A DNA stretch of 38,065 nucleotides, taken from Perkinsus olseni. Lineage: Eukaryota. Below, piece after piece: positions 1 through 11,199 of the stretch (within the stretch, counting starts at the first letter, position 1; each line of letters begins with the position of its first letter). The DNA is taken from assembly GCA_013115125.1 (NCBI GenBank), contig JABANN010000335.1:1-38065 (forward strand), read 5' to 3'. The notes under the pieces were generated by a model that had not been told where the DNA came from, did not search any database, and saw only the letters and a list, made by a program, of their open reading frames with translations. A program made the translations under genes and the position numbers.

Positions 1-439
1 CCCTATAGGGCGAAACGCTTGGATATCAATAGTAAGAAATGCAAGAGTAGAAGTGGAGCTCTTCTTGGTCACATGTCGTGCAGTCTATGCCGATCCTATC
101 ATCTCCAGTTTTCCAATGTTAAGCTTCCAGGTACGATGATTGGTACAAATTGCCAAGTACTGCTGCTGCTATTAGCAACTAAGTCCATCAGTTGGATGCT
201 GTGCCAACGGCTCTTCCAATACAGTAGCACCCTCTTGGACGCCACCGCTGCCGTCATTCTATTTACTATCTACTGTTAAGAAGCATGATTCAGGTTACGT
301 TGACGCTTCACTGTTATTAATGTTGCGTTCTCGGGGTGGGAGGATCATCAGCTGCCGAGTAATCTGTATGGTAGTGGATCCGCTTCCCGAATTGCGTGAT
401 GAACTCTTCTCATCTTCAGTACTGTCACCAGCCTCTTCC

Positions 440-3035
440 ATGTCCGCATTCTCGAGGCCCGATGATCAGAGGCAGCAGCAGCAGCAACCCCCGGCCTTCC
501 ATAGTAGTCTGGCGTATGGCAATGCCGAGGATAGAAAGGTACAACTGGAGGGATGGAGGATGGGGCTTTCAGGGAGGCAAAGGAGACCCAAGATGATACT
601 GTTGCTATTGGTCGACGCTCCGATCCTGTCGTGATTTACTGTAGGGTCTTATGATCGCACTCTGTTGATCTGATCGTTGTGGTTTAGTACCACCTGTTTG
701 CTGCCTTGAGTAGTTGGGATGATCGTGTTAGCGTCGACAAGGCGAATCTTACGCCGCTACTGCTGTTGCTGTTCAGATCTTTATGGGCGGGCTGCCGCAA
801 GAGATCGATAAGCAGTACATTGATGCTTACTTCTCACAGTTTGGTGCGATAGAGGATTCCATAGTGATGATCGATCGTGCTACTGGACGGTCGCGAGGCT
901 TTGGTTTTATCACGTTCCTGCAGCCACAGGATATGGAGGTAGCGCTATAGCGACACAGGAAGCCCTACCCTCCTCCTTCTGTTCAGGCCTGCTTGGCGAA
1001 CGGTCCCCATGTTGTTATGGAGAAGGTTATTGATGTTAAGCGGGCTGCTGATGGCAAGAAGCAACACACACCTGCCAATGCTGGGCCAGTGTCACGAGGA
1101 AGGGGTATGACGATATCACGACCAGATCCGGATAGATACGGTACTACTCTGATGAGCTCGTCTGAGTGCCAGCCTACTGTTGTTGCCGTCTTCAGGTCAT
1201 TTTCATAGGCAAAGTGTCATGGATGATCACCCCGGTCAAGTAGTGGCTGATGATCCACGCAAAGTATTCATTGGTGGGATTCCAGTTAGTGGTGATAGAG
1301 GTAGTAGGGGTACCTGAGGCAGCAGCAGAATCATCGGGGTCTGGATAACCCTACATCTCCTTGATGTCGTAGATAAACTCATCGCCTTGTTATCCCGGTA
1401 TGGTAACGTAATTGACTGTGACATCATGTACGATAAAGAGACGGGCAGGAACAAGGGATTCGGCCGAGCGACCTTCTCGTCACCCGAGGAGGCTGCTGCT
1501 GCCATGAGGGGTGGGGAGAGGAATATGATAGATGCCAAATGTGTACGCAGCATTGCCGTCATTGCCAGTGGTGTATTCCTTGGTGATAGGTTGATATCAA
1601 GCCGCTATTGAGGCCATCGGATAGTCACAACAACAGTGCTCACGGCAGTCACCATCAACGCGATTATCAACGACGTGATTCCTTTACAAGGTAGCAGCAA
1701 TAGCTTTTGTGTGGGTAGTTGATGATCTAACCCTGCTCCTGCTCAGCGACCCTGCCGACGCCTCATGTAAACTGTTCCTGGGTGGTATTCCTCAATCTGC
1801 TGATGAAGGTAGTAATGACCTGGCTGCTGCTGTTATTATTATAACGGGGCTGCCTGTGTCCCTTCAGATAAGCTCGCCCATCATTTATCTCGGTATGGTA
1901 GAGTAGTAGATGTTAGAATATATCAAGACTTAGAGACAGGGCGACATAAGGGGTTCGGGTATGCAGTCATGGGTACTCCAATGGAGGCTCAGGCCGCGTG
2001 TAATGGTGGCAATAACAACTACATCGATGCTAAATGGGTGAGTACAGCGGTCACAACAACAGCAGCAGCGGTATGGCTCATCAGCATACTTGTACTGTCG
2101 TTAGGTCCAAATCAAGCCATTCTGTAGCCCTACTCCTCACGACCGTTATCCGCGCAATCCACAGCAGCAGCACACCCCTACCCCTCCTCCACCAGCGGGT
2201 GGTGCGCCCCCGCCCCCTCCTCCCCCACCTTCCAGTGTGAATGCTACGGGACTGCCTGTTGGCAGTAATACTCGCGGTGGTGTCTATCCGCCACCACCAT
2301 CACTGGGAGAACTAGCCAACTATGCTCGAGGATCGTATGTATCCTCTCGACCTCCCGTGAACTATCCAGTACCACCCTACCAACGACAACAACAGGATAA
2401 TTTCAGTACATCCCTGAATAGTAGCCCGTACCGCCCCCAACAACAGACGATGATGATGGCAGGGCCTGCACAATCACTACCACCGCCACGGCAACAGTCA
2501 GCTCAACCCTATCAGCAACAGCAGCCACAACAATCTCAAACGCCGCCATCAAGTACAGGAGGGAATACGATGATTATGTCAATGCAGTAATACTCACCAT
2601 GGCTCTTATGGATCTTTGACCGTCACCTTTAGGGATTACCACAACCCGTACATCCGCCACCAACAGCAGCAACAGGATAGTCGTACATCACCATCTAGTA
2701 TACAACAGACTGCCACTCCGACATCATACCCTCAACAACAACAGGCAATGTTCACCACCTTACCAGCACAAGGGACAGTTGCAGGGACGTATCCACCAGC
2801 CATGTATCCGATTAATCCTTCGGCAATGACGGCGGGCCCGGCGCGACCATCGGCCATTACTCCTACTGCTGCTGTTGGTCCTGCTATGACGTCACCTGGC
2901 ACTAGCCCTGGTGGGTATGCTTATCGAGGCTTCGTGGGGAATACCACATCACAGCCGTCGATCTACAACCCGATGTCAGCCTATCAACGTCCCACACACT
3001 ATGTTACAGGGACCCATAGGACTATGCCTTATTAG
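440..3035 (+). CDS. Multi-exon RNA-binding protein with three RRMs (hnRNP A1/Musashi/DAZAP1-like), Q/P-rich tail; paralog 1
   Basis: ATG at 440 (MSAFSRPDD), intron 539-776, exon 777-938 IFMGGLPQE...GRSRGFGFITF (RNP2/RNP1). RRM2 is VFIGGIP...NKGFGRATF and RRM3 is LFLGGIP...HKGFGYAVM. GT-AG introns restore the frame across the RRMs. Ends HRTMPY* at 3035. Confidence 0.9.
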
Positions 3036-4217
3036 TGGTAATAGCGGGTAGCATGTAGCGATTTCGGCGTGCTTGACGGCGGCTATTCGGTGAGATAGAA
3101 CGTTACTTGTGTGCTTCATTACTACAATGCTTTCCAAGAAATAAGCATCATTTTGATGATCGCTCCGCCTCAGCTTTATAGGTGTGGCTAGTCTGCTGTT
3201 ACCATTTCGCATACAGGATAGTAGACGACGCTGTGTGACGCCATGAGAAAGTGATTGGCGGTATCATCAGCTTGTCGTTTGGGAGTGTTTGTCTTCCACA
3301 GGTCTTTTTCATCGGTATATGCCTCTAACGTATATAAGTTGATGGCTATAGACATGAATAGGGGTGATAGCTCAACAACAGCAGCAGCTCGCAACATCAT
3401 CGTTATTATTATCTTTTCCCATCATGGTAGCATATTCTATGAATATCTTCGCCGTGTATATGTAGTTCTAATGGTTTATGGTCATCATGAGGGTTATCAT
3501 TAAATAAGGTTTCTATGGGCGTGATATCTGTATTATTATTATGGTTACTATTGTATAGCATAAGAGCCGTCAGTAGTACTACCACTATTCCAACAGTAGC
3601 GTAGCGTTGAGAGTTTCTACATATTCATTAGGGTATAGTATCATCAGCATCAACAACAGCGAATGTATCAGGACTCCATCGCTATGCTGTCCCATCACCA
3701 TTGTAGCTCTAAATCCCTCATGTCAGCAAGAAAGGAGAGAATAGTTGGGCATGGTTTGGTATTGGGGATTATGCATAATAATGAAAGATAATTATAGTAT
3801 AAGTTTGAGCGCATAGGTACATTACGGGGTAAGGGTAGATTGTCGTTCGTGTGGTACTATCTTGGACGTTCCTGCCACCACGCTTTTTGAGGAATATACA
3901 CTTTGTATTGGTGCCATTCAGGTCAGTTCAAGGATCACGTCACTGCTGCTTGGGCTGGGCTGTTGCTGCTACCGCCTCGGTTGAGGATGTTCTCGGGCTG
4001 CTTCATTTCTTTTCATGATCTTTTTGGACCGCTTCCACCACGTCGGATATCTTTCCTTTTATTCACCGTTTACCCGTGTCTCCTTCGTCAGCACAGCTTT
4101 TGCCTCCGAATACTTGTTTGTTACAGTGAGTCTAATGGTGGTGGCCAATCACTCATCGACAGTCATGGCTTAGGCTGTTCTTTTTCTACTTCTTCTGCAA
4201 AATACCACTCCTTCAAG

Positions 4218-4461
4218 ATGTTAGTTGCCTCGTCGTCCCCTACACCAACTTCAATGGTTATTGAGGATACGACAGCATTAGCGACAACTACGCCGGTAGA
4301 TGGCGACGCGGGGCTTGCCAACACTGCGGCTACTGCTGACGATGGTGATGGTCATTCACAAGCAGCAGAAGGGGAACGACGGAATACATGGTCGATCATG
4401 TCGGCACGAAACACTTCTAAGGAAAGACCCCATGCTGCATCAGAGACGCTGACTGAACAGC

Positions 4462-4498
<37 letters not shown>

Positions 4499-6220
4499 GC
4501 CGAGTGCGGGGAAATGCAGTACGTGTGTTGACCCTCCTGCCTCATCACCACAACCAGCAACACGTGCACCGTCGTCATCGCCAACACCACCCTCTCCATC
4601 ATCCACGTCATCATCATCATCGCCTAGTCCCCAAAAGAAGAAGAGTTTTCACCGTCATCATAGCCGTGATTATGATGGTGATTCCCCAATGCTAAAGATG
4701 GAGGAGCGGAAGGTACTACTGTCCTTTATACTATAGTTGCTATTATCGACATCTCAGTTGTTTCTCGGTGGCCTGCCCCCGAACTGCGATAAGCAGCAAC
4801 TAAGGGAATACTTTTCACAGTTTGGCGCGATAGAGGATTCTATAGTCATGATCGATCGTGCTACTGGACGATCGCGAGGCTTCGGTTTTATCACGTTCCT
4901 GCAGCCACAGGATATGGAGGTACTACCATACCGTCGGCGTTGCAGGGTTCGATGATGATGTTGTCTACTTATTCTTAGGTCTGCCTCGATCATATGCCCC
5001 ACGTGATTATGGATAAAACCATAGACGTTAAGAGAGCTGTCGAGGGCGGCCTTGGTCCCCGTGTCACTCGCCATCGACAACAGGGTAGTTATACCAGCAT
5101 GGGGATAGTCGCATTAGGAACGCCACTTCAGGGCCCATGAAAGCTGCTTGGACGAATAACGATAATATCTACTACTATGGGGGCAGTAGCAGCAGAGGCG
5201 GTGGTAGCTACAGGGGATACTCGGGAGGCAAGTGGAGTACATCATCATCGTACACCCTACCTTATCGAGTTCCCGATGATCCGAGTAAAGTTTTCATTGG
5301 AGGCCTACCAGCCTCCGCCGATGAAGGTAGTGATAGCCCTTGTAACAGGGTCCGCCACCACCTCCTACTACCCTCAGATAGTTTGACTGATATGCTTGGC
5401 CAATATGGTAACATAGTCGATTGTAATGTCATGTTTGACAGAGGCACTGGCCGTAACCGTGGCTTTGGTTATGCTACCTTTTCAACCCCTGCCGAGGCTA
5501 ATGCTGCTTGCCATGGTGGTGATAGCAATGTTATGGACGGCAAATGGGTGAGTACAGTATTGCGTCGATGGTAACTAGCATAGCTTAATAGTTCCGGACG
5601 TGTCACAATGATTGTTGCGTCGATGACATCAGGTGGAAGTGAAGCCCTGTACACGACTGGAGTTCCCTACTTCTACTCCTCCTCCTCCTACCACCACTAA
5701 TACGGAGACGTTCAAACCCACGTCGGGCGCTGTGTATGGGTCGTACCAGCAACAGCAGCAGCGGGGTGCTTATTCGACCCAGCAAGCACAGAAGCAACAA
5801 CAACAGCCGAAGTGAGCTTTCGTCGATCATCTGATGGTGGCCCACAGTCGTCTTTTCTCCAGGCTCTCTGACAACCCCTGCAAAGTCTTCCTTGGTGGCC
5901 TCCCTCAGTCAGCTGACCAAGGTAGCTATGCGACTGATTCACCTGCGATGCTTGTGGTGGTGGTGGTGGTGATGATGAATCATTGATGATGCTCAGATCG
6001 TGTTACCGAGCACCTATCCCAGTATGGGAATGTACTGGATGTTACCGTCATGTATGATCGGGACACTGGCCGGCATAGAGGTTTTGCATATGCAACGTTC
6101 TCCAACAACGAAGAGGCCCAGGCAGCAATCAATGGCAACAGCAATAACGTTATAGACGGCAAATGGGTAATAAGGCTTCAGGCGTGACCCTCCGTGAGAT
6201 GCCATCTGGGAGGAGCCTTT

Positions 6221-6284
<64 letters not shown>

Positions 6285-7858
6285 CGCGTCGGCAGCCTGT
6301 ATTATTGTAAGGTACAAGTGAAGCCCTCTTCCCGCAGTATGGAACATGTGGGTAAAGCCTTCCAAGTTACCCAACAGCAACAGCAGCAGGGTAGTGGCGG
6401 TGGTCATTACCGTAATGGTGCTAGTAGTAGCAGCAGCAATACTAGCCCTAGAACCGGTGCCTATTATCAATCACAACAACAACAACAACGCCACCAGCAG
6501 CAGCAACGTACATCACCCTCACCATCACCATACAGGCGACCGGGTGGCCGCTCCTCGGATACCTACACTACTGGGTAGGTATTACTCTTGCTGCTGCTTA
6601 TCCTCGTCCTAGCAATGCTTGATACTAGCCATCGATGCTGAAGGCCTATGAGGCTTCACCAGTCTCTCCGTGTGGTAGGTATACGTCGGGGAAGAGGCGG
6701 GACGATAAGCAAGAACGCACTCTTGTTGGCTACAGTCGTTATCAGAGTAGTCTAAGGCCTAAGGACCAGCCAGATCATCACGGTACATCGGATGCTGGCG
6801 ATGATGAAGATCAACAACAGCAGGAACAGCACGAGGCCCAGCCAGAACTAAGGCAGCAAGAGCCGCCGCCGCCGCAGCAGCAGCAGCAGCAGCTGTCGCC
6901 GCATAGACAAGAAGAAGAGGCAGTGGTTGAAGACCGAAAGTACTCGCAGCCCGAGCAACGAGTGGAGGATGCTGGCAATGAGCAGCAGCAGCCGCCGCTA
7001 CAGCAGCGACAGCAGCAGCAGTCTTTGGGGGGTCCTCAATATGAGCAGCCTACGCCCGACCAGGCCCTGCACCAACAACAACAGCACGGCTTGATGCAGC
7101 AGCCACAACCAGAGCAGCGGCAGCAGCAGCTGTCAACTCCGCCACCCGGTACGTTCATCCCACTCAACAACAGCCAACAGCAGCAGCAGCAGGCGACTCA
7201 AGGCTTTCCTCCACCTCCACCACCACAGTACGGCATGGTGATGACCACACCGCCAGCTTCTACCCCTCAACAGTAGGTAATGAATGCTCATACACTCCTC
7301 ACTCTTCTCGTGCTCAGGTCGATGATGCCTCCTCCTACTACTACTGGGCCAGTATACAGTGGTGGCCTACCCATGGGGACTGGGACGACTGCTAATACTG
7401 TTGCCTTCTATCAGCATCACCAAGGGTACAGAGCACCACCGACTTTCGTTCCGATGCCTCCACCTCCCCCTTCGTACCCACCACAACAAGCACCCCCACC
7501 TGGGATGATTCCAGCCTCCGCAGTTTTGTCACAGCAGCCGCCGCCGCCGCAGCATCAGTATCCGTTCAATCAGCAGCAGCAGCATATCACTTCACAGCAT
7601 GTGCAGCGGTTAACGCCGACGACGTCATTCCCCTGCCCCCCTGTCGCACCAATGTCCACCCCTCCGCCATCATCGTCGATGGGTGGAGGCGCCGGCTTTG
7701 GCTTCGTGCCCCCGATGGGGATGTTTGGTAGATTCCCTCCACAGTACATGCAGCAACAACAACAACAACAACAACAGGAACAGCAGCAGCAGCAACAGCA
7801 ACAGCAGTTCCAGCAGCAGCAGATGGCAGCCCAGCAGTATCGCTCTGGCCCTTACTAA
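4218..7858 (+). CDS. Multi-exon 3xRRM RNA-binding protein with poly-Q/Pro low-complexity regions; paralog 2
   Basis: ATG 4218 (MLVASSSP). RRM1 LFLGGLPP...RGFGFITF, RRM2 VFIGGLPA...NRGFGYATF, RRM3 VFLGGLPQ...HRGFAYATF. Long Q/P tail ends YRSGPY* at 7858. Start codon is a best guess. Confidence 0.88.
4461..4497 (+). repeat. (CAA)n coding poly-Q tract
   Basis: Directly visible in exon 1 of RRM paralog 2. Confidence 0.9.
6221..6283. repeat. (ATC)21 microsatellite inside an intron of RRM paralog 2
   Basis: Directly visible. Confidence 0.97.
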
Positions 7859-8320
7859 CCTTTCCTCACTTTGTATTATACCTCAGCAGATCGTGCTCAT
7901 TCTACTGCTACTACAACGCCAACCATGTCACCAGTAGCACGGATCCACGGTTGTTTACCAAGGTTTCATAAGAACCATCATAAGGCGATACCTTTGTCAT
8001 CATTGCTGTTGTTGTCCTTGTCGTTGTCCATTCTTTTCATTGGCTACCGCCGCTGCTGCCGCGGCTGCATTCGGGGAGCATCGGCATATAGACGACTGTT
8101 GTAGATGCTGGGGCTTTGGTGCTGCTTTAGCGTCGCCCTCCGCTGGCCCTCCTCCTCCTCATCATCACCATCGTCGTCGTCGTCGTCGTCCACTGTAACC
8201 ATTTCTTAACATCGTCATCATTGCGAGAAGTACACTACTACTGCTTGTGTTGGGCAAGGAGAGCATGCTAATACCATCAGCCCTCCTGCTGTAGGTGGCA
8301 TATTATTATCATCATCTTCT

Positions 8321-10945
8321 ATGTCGTCATATCAACAACAACAACCCACGTCAACGACAGCAGATGACGGTGACGGTAATGATAATAACTGCAGCCTTCC
8401 TCCACCTGGATACGAGAGTTCGACCACAACGGACGCCCCTGTTCCTCTTCCCGGCACTACGACTGCAGTGCCGCCATTACCGCATGAGCCTCCCGTAGGC
8501 GATGCATCTAGTAGACAGGAGCGAAAGGTGAGTAGCAGCTGTACATCGCTACAACGCCACTACTGCCTTCTTCTGTCTGTAGTTGTTTGTGGGAGGCCTA
8601 CCATCAAGCTGCGATAAAGAACAATTTGATATGCATTTTGGTCAGTTTGGTAGCATAAAGGACTCTATAGTGATGACTGATAGAGTCACAGGCAGGACTA
8701 GAGGCTTTGGCTTCGTCACTTACACGACTCTCGATGCTACTGAGGTAGTAGCAATGAGCATGATATGGCTACTACAACGATTCCCTCTATCCTCCATCTC
8801 CCCTCAGTTATGCCTAGCAAGTGGCCCTCATGTACTGATGGACAAGATGGTCGATGTTAAGCGAGCTACGATACAAGGGCCGCCTCCGCCTCAACACTCT
8901 AACCGTGGTGGTGGTACGAGAGTCTTCCCTTACTCACCATACCAACCCTCAAACTTTTTACCTCAGATTTCATGTCTCCTCCCAGTGGTGGTATGTTTGG
9001 TGGCAGCGATGGTGGAAGGTAAGGCCTACTCCTTTTTATACTGCGTATATACTATGGTAGATATACTCCTAGTATGGGTAAAGGCCGGGGGCCCTCGATG
9101 TACGATGATGGTTATGGCGATATGTATCCTCCTGCTGCTGGGGGTCGTGTATCTATGCCCCCTCCCTCATCACCATTCAATGATGGTAGTGGGTATAACC
9201 CATGCAAGCTGTTCATTGGTGGTATACCATCAGACATGGATCAAGGTAAGTATCAGTAGCACTTGGACCTGTGACTGCTTATCCTCGTTTAGTACGACTG
9301 GATCAGTTCTTCTGTCGTTATGGGAATATAGTAGACTCGGTTGTGATGAAGGATAGGATAACTGGCAGACCTCGAGGCTTCGCCTACGTTACCTATTCAA
9401 CCCCTGAGGAGGCCCAAGCCGCTATGGATGCTGGTGATGCTAATGTTCTTGATGGCAAATGGGTAATAATAACAACAACGGATGAATGATAGGCAGTAGT
9501 ACGTGGACAGGAAGGCTCTTGCTGTGAATCATACAGCAGGTGGGATCATATAGCAATCAGGATACATTGGTATGATGGATACACTGCTATTGTCGATAAA
9601 TGTCATTACTAGCCACGTGAATGACTGCAGTAGAGTGTTCAGGAAACCTTGTGAACCCGAACCTCAGTCTGTGGTCTCTGGTGTGATGATAGGGTATTAT
9701 CAGGGTCGTCCGATAGTATTTTTCTTATTTCATCGTCGTCGTCGTCGTAGTGACCGTCGTCGTCTAGGTTGATGTTAAGATAGCTACTCGAGGTTCAAGT
9801 GCTCCAGGATCAGCATCATCACCATCGGGTCCGCCTCCAGGGTAGGTAGTTATCAACAACAATAACAACAACCATACTAGGATTACTTAGTACAGTCTAG
9901 ACTAGTTTATGTTACCCTCCCGTTATGAGCGTGATGCTTGTGCTACTTTGCTTCCCTTATGTCATTCACGACTGGTTATACTTTAGGTTCTCCCCTCTAC
10001 CCTTCCATCGTGGCAGTTCCGCTCCGATCGACACCGGCTCAGGCCCTGGGTAGTAACAGTAGTGCTATCATCACCATACGATGGTTGACACCCTTCAGAC
10101 CGCTACGACATTACCCTCAACCTCGATCATCATCAGGGCCCCCTCTGCCTGATGGTAGTGGTAGTGTTGCTGGAGATAATCCCTCTAAAGTCTTCATTGG
10201 TGGTGTACCAACCTCAGTCGATAATGGTAGTAGTACTGCAGTAGTGCTAAGCACCGTACCTCGATCATCATCATCATCATCAGGTCAATTACAAGAGGTA
10301 ATGTCACAGTATGGCAGTGTGGTAGACTGTATCATTATGACCGATCGTATGACTGGTCGTCCGAGAGGCTTCGCCTACTGCACCTATACCACTCCAGAGG
10401 AGGCTCAAGCAGCCTGTAATGGTGGCAGCAACAACTCTATCGATGGCCATTGGGTAGGATTGAGAACATCGAGGCAATCGTGAACCTCCACCTGTCATCA
10501 TCGTCATCAGCTTGATGTGAAACCGGCTACGAGAGATCCAGCCATCTGTGGTCCAGGGAGATCATCATCCAGGGGCGGACGACCACCAATGGACCATCAC
10601 GACCATAATCGTCATCAATTCGGGTAAGTGCATTACCGACAAAGCCAATGTGAGGTCTATGAGTAGATACCAAGCACGTGGTTTTGGATCTCCCTATGGC
10701 CAGTCAAGAGGCGAAGGCTCCTTTGGTCGTGATGGAAGGTAGTAGTGGGAACTTATCGTAACGATGATGACGACTATTCTATGCGTTGTGGATGTAGGTA
10801 TGACATGGCGTACAATAACCAGGGTATGTATCCCTACCCGCAGCAGTACCCTACTCGGACGCCTTACGGAATGCCACAACAACAGCAGACGTCTCCCTAT
10901 CCCCCACAACAACAGCAGCCACAGTATCGTGCTTCCCCATACTAG
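8321..10945 (+). CDS. Multi-exon 3xRRM RNA-binding protein; paralog 3
   Basis: ATG 8321 (MSSYQQQQ). RRM1 LFVGGLPS...RGFGFVTY, RRM2 LFIGGIPS...RGFAYVTY, RRM3 VFIGGVPT...RGFAYCTY. Ends YRASPY* at 10945. Confidence 0.9.
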
Positions 10946-11199
10946 AGAACTATCTAAGATGCAACCAATCACGTGTGTATTTTGATATCCCTTCCTGCAC
11001 TACTGTTTGCCCTCATCATCATCAACATCATCACTACTAATTGTAGTATTAGTAGCAGTAGTAGTCCTCTGTGGGGACCGAGTGTTTCTGTATTTCTCAC
11101 GTAATAACATATACGGCTTCACGGTCTTGCGTTCGGCTTCCCCTGTACAAGTAGTTCTCGCTCTCAGTTGTTCTCTCATCCCCCTCCAGCTCTCTTCCG

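Noticed and set aside
1236-6470. Minus-strand ORFs opposite the RRM genes, including poly-Cys and poly-Val ORFs
   Set aside because: Antisense shadows of RRM exons and CAA/CAG repeats.
9683-9760. Box C (GTGATGA) snoRNA in the RRM paralog 3 intron; also at 33398
   Set aside because: No downstream CTGA box D within either intron.
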